Of a DNA stretch of 64,000 nucleotides, positions 47,780 through 56,582 are shown piece after piece. Location: the NCBI GenBank assembly GCA_045401115.1, contig CP174359.1, positions 355,247-419,246 of the forward strand. Direction: 5' to 3'. The notes below the pieces were generated by a model. It worked only from the letters and a program-made list of their open reading frames with translations. It did no database searches and had not been told where the DNA came from. Numbering within the stretch: the first letter of the stretch is position 1; each line of letters begins with the position of its first letter. The position numbers and the translations under genes are program-made. Source of the stretch: Candidatus Phycocordibacter aenigmaticus (GTDB lineage: Bacteria > Patescibacteriota > Minisyncoccia > Phycocordibacterales > Phycocordibacteraceae).

Positions 47780-47930
47780 GTGACGGTTTCAGTATAGCAG
47801 CTTACCAATTATGAATGATTTGTATCTGATATTAAAAAATCCTATTGTCAGTGCAGTAGATCTTTATGTGTTTTCAAGGTGGGCATAACTAATTGCTTTT
47901 CATTTCTCAGCATCTAGAATAGGAATAGAT

Positions 47931-48917
47931 ATGTTTGGCCTAGAAATGACTATTATCTGGATGATTCTAGGTTTTCTCTTCGCTGCCTATTCTGTTATTG
48001 GCAATGACAGCATTCAGACGTTGGGGACATTCATTGCCTCCAACCAAAAAACCAAATGGTATTACCTCTGGGCCTTCTCGGCCCTTATTTTAATTGTGAC
48101 GCTTTCCATAAGTTTCTTCGCCAATAATGGTGACATTGCGTCGGGTAGGCTTGCAAAAATTCCATTCGTTGAGATTCAGTGGTATCACGCTCTGGCACCG
48201 CTCGGGTTAGTTCTTTTGACACGTTTCGGTATTCCGGCTTCAACCTCGCTCTTGGTATTGAGCGCCTTCGCTTCTTCGATGGTCTTCAGTAGCATCTTGC
48301 TGAAGTCGGCGTTAGGGTATGCTATTGCCGCAGTAGTCGCGTATGTGCTCTGGATTATTATCTACCGTTGGGATAATAAAAAGAATCCCATCGCAAAGAA
48401 TAAAGAAAAATTGTGGCGAGTCTTTCAGTGGATGGCGACAGGATTCCTTTGGTATACCTGGCTTTCGCACGACATTGCCAACATCGCTGTATTCTTGCCG
48501 CGCGAATTGAATCTCTGGCAGTTCGGCGCTGTGTTGGCGGTGTTTGTGGTTGGTCTTGCCTACATTATGTATAACCGTGGTGGCAAGATACAGAACATTG
48601 TTCTTGAGAAGAGTAATACCAACTACCTGCGCAGTGCCACACTCATTGATCTTACGTTCGGTATTATCCTGCTTGTGTTCAAAGAGATGAACAATATACC
48701 CATGTCTACGACCTGGGTATTTATTGGTCTCCTCAGTGGTCGGGAGCTGGCGATGTATTCGCGCATCGTGGAATATAAACTCAAGCATGTATTCCCGATC
48801 GTGGGGAAAGACTTACTCCGACTCTTATTCGGTTTAGCCATTTCCATTCTTATTGCTTTTGCTATACAGCATGCAACCGCTATTGGTGCGTTTGTAAATC
48901 TTGTTTTTGCCGGGTAG
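47931..48917 (+). CDS. Conserved membrane protein, PiT/phosphate-transporter-like
   Basis: GNDS and HDIAN repeats plus PASTS and PMSTT motifs, reminiscent of the PiT family. Confidence 0.6.
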   Translation: MFGLEMTIIWMILGFLFAAYSVIGNDSIQTLGTFIASNQKTKWYYLWAFSALILIVTLSISFFANNGDIASGRLAKIPFVEIQWYHALAPLGLVLLTRFGIPASTSLLVLSAFASSMVFSSILLKSALGYAIAAVVAYVLWIIIYRWDNKKNPIAKNKEKLWRVFQWMATGFLWYTWLSHDIANIAVFLPRELNLWQFGAVLAVFVVGLAYIMYNRGGKIQNIVLEKSNTNYLRSATLIDLTFGIILLVFKEMNNIPMSTTWVFIGLLSGRELAMYSRIVEYKLKHVFPIVGKDLLRLLFGLAISILIAFAIQHATAIGAFVNLVFAG

Positions 48918-49014
48918 TAACACTCCCGTCGAGGAAATTTCTGGATATGGTCCACTGAACCAACTTTCTGAACTTTATACAGACCGTAGCGGTGTTGCTA
49001 TGAGTATCCAAAGG

Positions 49015-49578
49015 TTAGAGATTTTTCAATCGATTAAAGATGTTAAGAAATAGTTCGTCTCCGAAACTAGTATCAGTGTGATTTTCAGGATGGAATTGAA
49101 GTGCATAGATTGGTCGCGTTTTGTGTCGTATTACTTCTGGTCCATGATCGGACTCGGCAAGCACCTCAAACTCAGCTGGTAGCTCGCCTGTACCCCAACG
49201 ATGGTTTTCAAATGCTTGGAATGTTGGTGTTCTGTAAAATAACTCGAGATCTTTTAAAACATGTATTTGAACAGTTCCAATTTCGTGTTCATCAAGTTTT
49301 TTTAGAACCCCTCCTAAAGCATGAATAATAAGTTCATAACCAAAACAGATACCAATGATAGGTTTTGTAGTGTTTTGTATAAATTCAATTTCGGCTTTGT
49401 ATTTCTCCTCGTTACCGTAGAGTGGTCCCAAACTACTTCCTGAAAGCACAACTACATCAGCATCTTCCGTATTTTTTTCAGAAAATGCATCAAAGCAAAG
49501 TACCGATTCTTCACCAGGGATAAGTTGCTTTAACTTTTCTTGAAGTGTCGTGCCGTTATCTACTAGAAGGACATTCAT
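49015..49578 (-). CDS. Class I glutamine amidotransferase-like protein
   Basis: GICFG and QFHPE catalytic triad motifs. Confidence 0.85.
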   Translation of the reverse strand: MNVLLVDNGTTLQEKLKQLIPGEESVLCFDAFSEKNTEDADVVVLSGSSLGPLYGNEEKYKAEIEFIQNTTKPIIGICFGYELIIHALGGVLKKLDEHEIGTVQIHVLKDLELFYRTPTFQAFENHRWGTGELPAEFEVLAESDHGPEVIRHKTRPIYALQFHPENHTDTSFGDELFLNIFNRLKNL

Positions 49579-49654
49579 TTTTCTATTTTCTCATGGTTCG
49601 GAAACCTTTCTTTCTCTAAAATTGAAAAAGGCCGGCTAAACCATGAAAAATTTG

Positions 49655-49726
49655 TGACCCCACGGGGAATCGAACCCCGATTTTAAGCTTGAAAAGCTCA
49701 CGTCCTAACCGTTAGACGATGGGGCC
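49655..49726 (-). tRNA. tRNA-Glu(TTC)
   Basis: GGCCCCA/TGGGGTC acceptor, loop TT-TTC-AA, GGTTCGATTCC. Confidence 0.92.
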
Positions 49727-49803
49727 AAAAGTGACCAAAAGGACCTTTAAAATATAGCATTTTGAGCAGAAAATGCTAGGATTTCCTGAGTGAGTTTCTC
49801 ATT

Positions 49804-49887
49804 GGAGGAGTGCCCGGAATTGGTAACGGACCGCTCTCGAAAAGCGGCGCGGGAAACCGCTTGTGGGTTCGAGTCCCATCTCCTCCG
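49804..49887 (+). tRNA. tRNA-Ser(CGA)
   Basis: GGAGGAG/CTCCTCC acceptor, CCGCT-CTCGAAA-AGCGG anticodon arm, variable arm, GGTTCGAGTCC. Confidence 0.95.
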
Positions 49888-50083
49888 CAAATGTCTAAGA
49901 AGACGCGAGAGCGTCTGATTAGCAACAATTGCGAGAAGGAGATGAGGCGAGAAAGACGGAGGCCGCGAAGCCGTGACGATAGTACACGTGGCCGAGTCCG
50001 GGCAGGAGCCACTTAGTATTTTGTGAGCAAAGCGAGACAAAATAGTTAGTGAGTTGACGCCGAGTCCCATCTCCTCCGCAAAT
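49888..50083 (+). other. tRNA-3'-associated structured element, family B
   Basis: Antisense-like TTGCGAGAAGGAGATG. Core GAAAGACGGAG...GAGTCCGGGCAGGAG...TGACGC. 23-bp direct repeat (49870-49892 = 50061-50083). Confidence 0.85.
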
Positions 50084-50098
50084 TGTTATACTGAAAAA

Positions 50099-50251
50099 AT
50101 GAAATCGTTAGTGAAATATAGTCCTGGAATAATTTTGAGTATTTGGCCCTTTTTTGTCATAAACGAACTAGGGATTGGAGTCGTTGCTCTGGTTCTTATA
50201 AATTTTTGGATAGGAATTGGTGTTGGGGAATATATTGCTTCACATGAGTGA
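50099..50251 (+). CDS. Small hypothetical membrane protein
   Basis: 50-aa hydrophobic ORF with TATACT just upstream. Confidence 0.45.
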   Translation: MKSLVKYSPGIILSIWPFFVINELGIGVVALVLINFWIGIGVGEYIASHE

Positions 50252-50395
50252 AGTAGAAAAAATGAAACCTAGATTTAATTACAACTCCACCAACTACAGT
50301 TTGCTGTAAAAGTGAGTGAAAGGGGACATCTCCATAAAACCAAAATTTACTAACACACCTCCACATAGAAAGTGTAAATGTCGAAAGCGGTAGTA

Positions 50396-50632
50396 TTATC
50401 GCTTTAATAACGCACCAGCAGATGCTGTTGCACCAAGTATAAATAGAAACGAGAATAGGTCGTCAATGTCATTATAAATTCCTGCCTCATGAAGTGCCTC
50501 AAAGATACCTAACTTACCGCCGGTTGAACTATCAATTGCGCCAAGAGAAAAAGCGCCAAAAGTTCCTGTAAGTAAAACATTACCAATAGATCTTCTTACA
50601 TGAGAGCCTTCGTTGTTGTTTACGTGTTCCAT
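50396..50632 (-). CDS. Hypothetical membrane protein
   Basis: 78-aa ORF with two hydrophobic segments. Confidence 0.5.
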   Translation of the reverse strand: MEHVNNNEGSHVRRSIGNVLLTGTFGAFSLGAIDSSTGGKLGIFEALHEAGIYNDIDDLFSFLFILGATASAGALLKR

Positions 50633-50699
50633 GTTTTTCTTGGTTATCTACTATAATTTCATAGTACCATTCTCGTTGATATTGTGTAGCGTCACACCT

Positions 50700-50729
50700 A
50701 TAAACGGCTCAATGCATTGAGCCGTTTAT
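50700..50729. repeat. Palindrome family copy 4
   Basis: ATAAACGGCTCAATGCATTGAGCCGTTTAT between divergent genes. Confidence 0.85.
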
Positions 50730-50759
50730 TACACACCCTTTTCACGTATACTGGAGTGT

Positions 50760-51389
50760 ATGAAAGAAGGGGACATTAAAAAGGCGCTTAAACACCTTAA
50801 AAAAGATACGCATTTAGCACCGCTTGTTACTAAGTATGGCGCACCGGATTTGCATTGGGGGCAGAAACGTCGATCAGCATTCCAGGCGTTGATAAAAGCG
50901 ATTATTTTTCAACAACTTTCAGGAAAGGCGGCACATACCATATTGAAACGGTTCCTCGCGCTCTATAATGGGCGTTTTCCAAGCCCTAAACGTCTCTCTG
51001 AGACGAGTATAGAGGATTTACGGTCTGTGGGTGTCTCAGGGCAAAAAGCTAGTTATCTGCACGATTTAGCGGCGAAGTTTATAAATGGCACAGTGAACCC
51101 ACGCAGATTCCGTGTCATGTCAGATGAAGAGGTGTTTGAGCATGTGGTGGCAGTAAAAGGGGTGGGGCCGTGGACGACCGATATGTTTCTTATGTTCACG
51201 CTTGGCAGGCCCGATATATTGCCAACAGGGGATTTAGGTATTCAAAACGGTTTTAAAAAACTTTTCAAACTGAAAGAGCGTCCAACACCAGAGAAGATGC
51301 AAGAACGTGCTAAACAGTGGCGCCCGTATCGCACCATTGCGTGCTGGTACCTATGGCGATTGGCGGATGAGAATAACTCAAGTCGTTAA
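50760..51389 (+). CDS. alkA: DNA-3-methyladenine glycosylase II (AlkA-like)
   Basis: QQLSGKAA, KGVGPWT, DILPTGDLG and WRPYR motifs. Confidence 0.88.
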   Translation: MKEGDIKKALKHLKKDTHLAPLVTKYGAPDLHWGQKRRSAFQALIKAIIFQQLSGKAAHTILKRFLALYNGRFPSPKRLSETSIEDLRSVGVSGQKASYLHDLAAKFINGTVNPRRFRVMSDEEVFEHVVAVKGVGPWTTDMFLMFTLGRPDILPTGDLGIQNGFKKLFKLKERPTPEKMQERAKQWRPYRTIACWYLWRLADENNSSR

Positions 51390-51390
51390 G

Positions 51391-52347
51391 CTAATGAGCT
51401 TTTAAAAACAGATAGATATCTTCGAGTGCTTTTACCGCATCGCCGGCGGCAATATTGTTTTGGTGGTAAAGACCGTTAGTACAATCACCGGCTGCCCAGA
51501 CACCTGCGACAGAGGCACGCTGCGTTTTACAATCAACAACAATACGTTTAACTTCATCACGCTCCACGACTCCTTCAAACATATCGGTATTTGGTACAAA
51601 ACCAATTTCAACAAAGATACCGCTCACGTTCAACGTGTGCTCTTCACCAGTGTTTGTGTCTTTGTATTTCAGACCAGTTACGAATTTTTCTCCCATAACT
51701 TCGGTCGTCTCAGCATTCGTGATTCCGGTCATATTCTCGTGAGCGAGAACATTCTTAACAGTTATCGGGTCAGCAACATATTCATCCCGTCGTTGAAGGA
51801 GTGTGACTGATTTAGCGTAGGCGAGCAGTTGTGCTGCTGTTTCAAAACCGGCGTTCCCGCCACCGATAACCGCAACGTCTTGCCCAGAGAAAAGCGGACC
51901 GTCACATGATGCACAGTAGGTGAGGCCTTTATTATCAAATTCTTTAGCACCTGGCACATCGAGTTTACGACGTGAACCACCAGCGGTCATGAGCACTGTT
52001 TTCCCAACGACTGTTTTTTCATCACGAGTGCATACCGCAAAATGCCCATCTTGTTTTGTTACTTTTGTTACGCGGTCACCAACAGTGATATCAACCATAT
52101 CCTTCGCATATTCGCGCACATGTTCTTCAAGCTTCTTTGCAAGGTCAACGCCTGAAATGTGTTTTTCACCAATCCAGTTTTCAATGTCTTCAGACACGAT
52201 ACTTTGTCCGCCAAATTCTTCGGTAATGAGTGCGGTTTTAAGTTGCTTGCGGGCGGCATATACCGCAGCAGCGCTGCCTGCCGGACCGCCACCAATAATA
52301 ATTAAATCGTACATAGTGTTATCGGCATCTGTGTTGTTTGTAGGCAT
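51391..52347 (-). CDS. trxB: Thioredoxin reductase / AhpF-like flavoprotein
   Basis: GGGPAG, CASCDG, GGGNAG and AAGD motifs. Start uncertain. Confidence 0.85.
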   Translation of the reverse strand: MPTNNTDADNTMYDLIIIGGGPAGSAAAVYAARKQLKTALITEEFGGQSIVSEDIENWIGEKHISGVDLAKKLEEHVREYAKDMVDITVGDRVTKVTKQDGHFAVCTRDEKTVVGKTVLMTAGGSRRKLDVPGAKEFDNKGLTYCASCDGPLFSGQDVAVIGGGNAGFETAAQLLAYAKSVTLLQRRDEYVADPITVKNVLAHENMTGITNAETTEVMGEKFVTGLKYKDTNTGEEHTLNVSGIFVEIGFVPNTDMFEGVVERDEVKRIVVDCKTQRASVAGVWAAGDCTNGLYHQNNIAAGDAVKALEDIYLFLKAH

Positions 52348-52533
52348 AGGTTGAGTGGTAAGAGTGTCTTTAATATCATGCATTACTGGTGTGTGTGGTT
52401 TTTTCTTCTCTAACACATGAGCGCTATGCATAAATAAACGAAAGTGGTGAATAATTCTTAAATTTTAACAGAGAAACAGTAAAACAAAAAACACCGCGCG
52501 GGCGGTGCTTTTTTGAATAAAAACTAAGAGATG

Positions 52534-53748
52534 TTAACTTTTGCGATTACGTCGCAAAAATGCAGGCACAGCACCCCAATCATCGTCATCTTCGTCTGTT
52601 ACTGGCTTTGGTCGGGTACCTTTCTTTTCATCAGCGCTTGATGTTTTCTCAGCGTTCTCTTCAGCATCTACTTCAGGAAGAGCGGTGTTATAAATACGCC
52701 CTGTCTCTTCTTTCACTTCTTCACTTTTTTCCTCTTTCTTGGGTGTCCCTCCCATTTGGAAGAGTGGAGTACCGCTCTGTCGGTTCATTGATTCTTCAGG
52801 AAAACCGGTTGCGATTACCGTTACCCGAATTTCACCGCGTTTCAGTTGCTCATCTTTAGAAGTACCAAAGATAACTTTTGCATTTTTATCAATACTATCG
52901 GTAACAATTTGTGCGGCTGCTTGTACCTCAAGAAGTCCCAAATCTTCACCGCCGGCAATAGAAAGCAAGACTCCTTTAGCTCCGGTAATTGAAATATCAA
53001 GTAGTGGTGAGTTAATGGCTGCTCGTGCTGCCTCTTCTGCACGCTTTTCACCACTGGCGATACCAACACCCATAAGAGCGCTACCGGCATCTTCCATAAT
53101 TGCTTTAATGTCAGCAAAGTCGAGGTTGATATTACCTGGTGTGGTGATGAGGTCAGACACACCTTCTACGGCTTGGCGGAGTACTTCGTCACACATAGCG
53201 AAAGCACTCTTTACTGTAGTGTTTTGATCAACCACTGCAAGAAGGCGATCATTAGGGATAATAATCAGCGCATCAACTTCTTTACGAAGTTCTTCGAGAC
53301 CACTTTCAGCAAGACGTTGACGTTGCTGTCCTTCAAAAGAGAATGGGCGAGTGACCACTGCTACGGTCAATGCTCCGGTTTCTTTTGCCATTCGTGCGAC
53401 AACAGGAGCTGCGCCGGTACCAGTGCCACCACCCATACCTCCGGCGATGAATACCATATCAGAGCCGCGGAGAGAGTCTTGGATTTCTGCTTGTGTTTCT
53501 TCGGCAGCACGTTTACCGATTTCCGGATTCATTCCGGCACCGAGTCCACGTGTTAAATTTTTACCAATATGAATTTTTGTTTTCGCAAGTGATTTTTGTA
53601 AGTCTTGCGCATCCGTATTGATAACTAAAAAGTCCACCCCTTTTACTTTTGAGGTGACCATATGGTTTACCGCATTCGCTCCTGAACCACCAACACCGAC
53701 AACGCGGATACGTGCTGCTGATTCCAATTCTTGATGTACCTGAGGCAT
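52534..53748 (-). CDS. ftsZ: Cell division protein FtsZ
   Basis: GGGTGTG tubulin motif and C-terminal VPAFLR. Confidence 0.97.
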   Translation of the reverse strand: MPQVHQELESAARIRVVGVGGSGANAVNHMVTSKVKGVDFLVINTDAQDLQKSLAKTKIHIGKNLTRGLGAGMNPEIGKRAAEETQAEIQDSLRGSDMVFIAGGMGGGTGTGAAPVVARMAKETGALTVAVVTRPFSFEGQQRQRLAESGLEELRKEVDALIIIPNDRLLAVVDQNTTVKSAFAMCDEVLRQAVEGVSDLITTPGNINLDFADIKAIMEDAGSALMGVGIASGEKRAEEAARAAINSPLLDISITGAKGVLLSIAGGEDLGLLEVQAAAQIVTDSIDKNAKVIFGTSKDEQLKRGEIRVTVIATGFPEESMNRQSGTPLFQMGGTPKKEEKSEEVKEETGRIYNTALPEVDAEENAEKTSSADEKKGTRPKPVTDEDDDDWGAVPAFLRRNRKS

Positions 53749-53916
53749 GGCTAAATATATCTAAATTATCGATTAATATCGTCTGGCATTCATCATACTT
53801 GCTATGACCGGTAAAGTAAAATGCTTGACTTTTATTTTATATATTGTGTGTTTTATCTCACATTATTATGCGGGAATGTATAGAAACGTACTACATCGTA
53901 AACTTGCAGGAGTGAT

Positions 53917-54114
53917 ATGATAAAACGTATGGATTATTACACAGCTGCTGAATCGGCTCATGAATCAGGAGACACAATTCGAATGCTAGAGGAATTTTTT
54001 CAAGAATTTCGTGACGGCTTAGATGAATTAAATCTCGAACATGTTCCACTGATTATTTCGCTTGTTGCCGCTTTCTCTGTTCTTTTATGGATCACAGAAA
54101 AATCAGATAAATAA
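53917..54114 (+). CDS. Small hypothetical protein between ftsA and ftsZ
   Basis: 65 aa with a C-terminal TM helix, preceded by GCAGGAG (SD-like). Confidence 0.5.
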   Translation: MIKRMDYYTAAESAHESGDTIRMLEEFFQEFRDGLDELNLEHVPLIISLVAAFSVLLWITEKSDK

Positions 54115-54128
54115 CAACGAGTTGTATT

Positions 54129-55298
54129 TTAAGGAAGAAATTGTTTAAAGAATGAACTAATAGTGTCACCAAGTTTTTCAAACGTATTACGTAATGCTGA
54201 GCGCTCAGCTGATTCTCCTGTAAGACCCCAAATAGTAAGACCGTAGGCAACGGCCCAAGTAGAGTCTTTTATTTTTCCACCCTGCGCATTATTGAGTAGT
54301 GCAGTTTTTGAAGGAAGTTTCAGTGCCGCTTCAGCAATATCTTTTACTGGTCCAATGCCGCTGCCGCCGCCAGAGAGAATAATACCGGCAGGTAAGAGGC
54401 GATCTTTCTCTAACTTTTTCAGGTGTGCATCGATGAGCTCAAAAATATCTGTAAGACGTGCCGAAAGGATGTCATCAAATCTTTTCTTAGGAAATGAACT
54501 ACTGATTACGGCACCCAATTTTAATTGTTCTGCTTCTTCAAGAGAAATACGTAAACCAAGTGCAATATCTTTCGTAATATCCATTGAACCAATTTTAAAC
54601 ACTTTTACGGATATCGGTGCACTGTTTTCAAAAATAACAATTGAAACCGTTTCAGCGCCAATGTTAGCCAGTACACACCCCGCACGTTTTTCGGCATTAG
54701 TGACTGTAACAATTGACCCGGCAAGTGGAGACGCCATAGTGTCACCAACTGAAATATCAGCATTCTCGACCGCCTCTATCAGGTCATTCATATGTTGTTC
54801 AAGGCAGGTAACAAAAAGTGTTTCAACTGAGAGTTTAGACCCTTTCATCCCTTGTGGTCGTCCCAACACCTCACCGCCATCAATGGTGTACCCCATAGGG
54901 ATAGTGTGGAGTATGTGGCGATTCATTAGACGGCCATTAATTGATTCTTGTGCGTTATTGACCGCACGTTCTACGTCAAGATCAGTCACTTCACCATCAG
55001 CACGCGCAATGACGGTTTCTCCACGTGAACGTACCTCGTCAAGTCCAATGCCGCCAATAGATAAAAATGCGCTGCGAATTTTTACGCCAGCCGCTTCTTC
55101 TGCTTGTTGCGCAGCGCTGCGTATAGCACGAGTCACATCGCCAATATTCATAATATAGCCATGCCGTAAACCTTTACTTTCCGTAAAGCCGGTGCCGATT
55201 ACCTTTGGGGCACCACCACGCCCATCACCTTCGCGAGATACGACTACACGAACTTGAGAGGTGCCAACGTCAATTCCTACTGCGATTCTGTTTTTCAT
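54129..55298 (-). CDS. ftsA: Cell division protein FtsA
   Basis: GIDVGT, NIGAET, LSGGGS and a C-terminal amphipathic helix. Confidence 0.93.
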   Translation of the reverse strand: MKNRIAVGIDVGTSQVRVVVSREGDGRGGAPKVIGTGFTESKGLRHGYIMNIGDVTRAIRSAAQQAEEAAGVKIRSAFLSIGGIGLDEVRSRGETVIARADGEVTDLDVERAVNNAQESINGRLMNRHILHTIPMGYTIDGGEVLGRPQGMKGSKLSVETLFVTCLEQHMNDLIEAVENADISVGDTMASPLAGSIVTVTNAEKRAGCVLANIGAETVSIVIFENSAPISVKVFKIGSMDITKDIALGLRISLEEAEQLKLGAVISSSFPKKRFDDILSARLTDIFELIDAHLKKLEKDRLLPAGIILSGGGSGIGPVKDIAEAALKLPSKTALLNNAQGGKIKDSTWAVAYGLTIWGLTGESAERSALRNTFEKLGDTISSFFKQFLP

Positions 55299-55321
55299 AG
55301 TATAGATAAGTTGGGTGATGT

Positions 55322-55789
55322 TTAGAGAACGGTGGTAGAAGTTACCCCCTCAGTATACGTTGGGTGTGGTATAGAAAATACTTGACACCACCGCTCTTCT
55401 AATTTCTCCATTGTACGCCCATGATCGTAGCCCTTCAAATGTAATAAACCGTGGATAAACACGTACTGTGTATAGTCACGCAGTGTCATGTTAAATTTTT
55501 TTGCTTTACTACGCAGTGTGTGTGGGTTGAGAAAAATTTCTCCTTCTTTTTTATTGAGTGGAAATGCCAGAATGTCGGTTGGCATATCTTTCCCGCGATA
55601 TTTTTTATTAAAAGAGCGCATACGCGTAGTACCAATAAGTACTACTGAGAGTGTGTAACGAGGGCCAAGTATGCGTATCGCAAAATCTTGCAGGGGTAGT
55701 TTGTTTATGAAGCTGCTGGTGCGTCGCGCAACAGTACTCTGCAATGAGTACTGTTCGTTCTTAAAGGTTGGTGTGCGTGTTGGTGACAT
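55322..55789 (-). CDS. ybeY: rRNA maturation endoribonuclease YbeY
   Basis: YRGKD.PTDIL.F and HGLLHLKGYDH motifs. Confidence 0.92.
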   Translation of the reverse strand: MSPTRTPTFKNEQYSLQSTVARRTSSFINKLPLQDFAIRILGPRYTLSVVLIGTTRMRSFNKKYRGKDMPTDILAFPLNKKEGEIFLNPHTLRSKAKKFNMTLRDYTQYVFIHGLLHLKGYDHGRTMEKLEERWCQVFSIPHPTYTEGVTSTTVL

Positions 55790-55913
55790 ATCCTGCTTCT
55801 CTCTATAGTAGCAAGCAAAAACAGTATCGTATTGTTTTTTGGCGCTCAAACTGTGGGCGCTTTTAATATTAAAAAAACACCCACGTCATGTGGGTGTTTC
55901 AAGAGGAGACACT

Positions 55914-56162
55914 TTATCGTCGACGTCCTCCGCGAGTACGCGGTTGGATAAGTCCCATAAGTTCCATTTCTTGACGTTTCTCTTGCTTTGCTAAACGGCG
56001 TAGAGCTGAATCACGACGTTTATTCTTTGAAACAGCTCGCTGGTGGAAGCGGATACCTTTTGCGCGACGCACCACACCAGACCCCTGTACACGCTTACTG
56101 AAGCGGCGGATAAGAGACATGGTGTTCTCCGAACTGTTTTTCTTTACTGATGCACTAATCAT
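55914..56162 (-). CDS. rpsU: Ribosomal protein bS21-like
   Basis: Very basic, V.K...E...SLIRRF.K.V..SG pattern. Confidence 0.7.
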   Translation of the reverse strand: MISASVKKNSSENTMSLIRRFSKRVQGSGVVRRAKGIRFHQRAVSKNKRRDSALRRLAKQEKRQEMELMGLIQPRTRGGRRR

Positions 56163-56261
56163 GTAGGCAATTAAAACATGAAGGGTAATAGTTTGCAAGA
56201 CAGCGCTGTAGTTTACGCCTATATTGAGTTCTTAAATATTTTATGGCATAGTCTCCATACT

Positions 56262-56555
56262 ATGAAAAAAGAGAATACGTCTGATGAAATTATTAAGGAC
56301 GCAAATCATGCCTTAAACTGGTGGCATAAAAAAGGTGGATCTGGAGGTGCGCTTGTGGGCGGAATTCTCGGTTTAGGAGCTGGACACGTTAATTTTGAAC
56401 AAATGGTTGGTCTTGATGATGTTTCTCCTCTTGCAGTTATAGCCTTTGGAGTATTTGCTGGTTTCTTTATTGGAAGAACAGTGGGGCCAGAAATTGGTGA
56501 TATTCGCTACGATTTTATTATAGAACCTGTCGAAGACCGACGGTTTAACGATTAA
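56262..56555 (+). CDS. Hypothetical glycine-zipper membrane protein
   Basis: GGALVGGILGLG and a second TM helix. Confidence 0.55.
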   Translation: MKKENTSDEIIKDANHALNWWHKKGGSGGALVGGILGLGAGHVNFEQMVGLDDVSPLAVIAFGVFAGFFIGRTVGPEIGDIRYDFIIEPVEDRRFND

Positions 56556-56582
56556 CGTACACACCCATGTTTTATGGGTGTG

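Noticed and set aside
49585-49654. Sixth element after tRNA-Glu
   Set aside because: Only a trailer inverted repeat (TCATGGTT/AACCATGA) is present, with no antisense copy, core or duplicated 3' end.
54292-55158. Long antisense ORFs (288 aa opposite ftsA, and similar ones opposite groL, typA, rnj, rpsA and gyrA)
   Set aside because: They are codon-bias shadows of conserved genes on the other strand.
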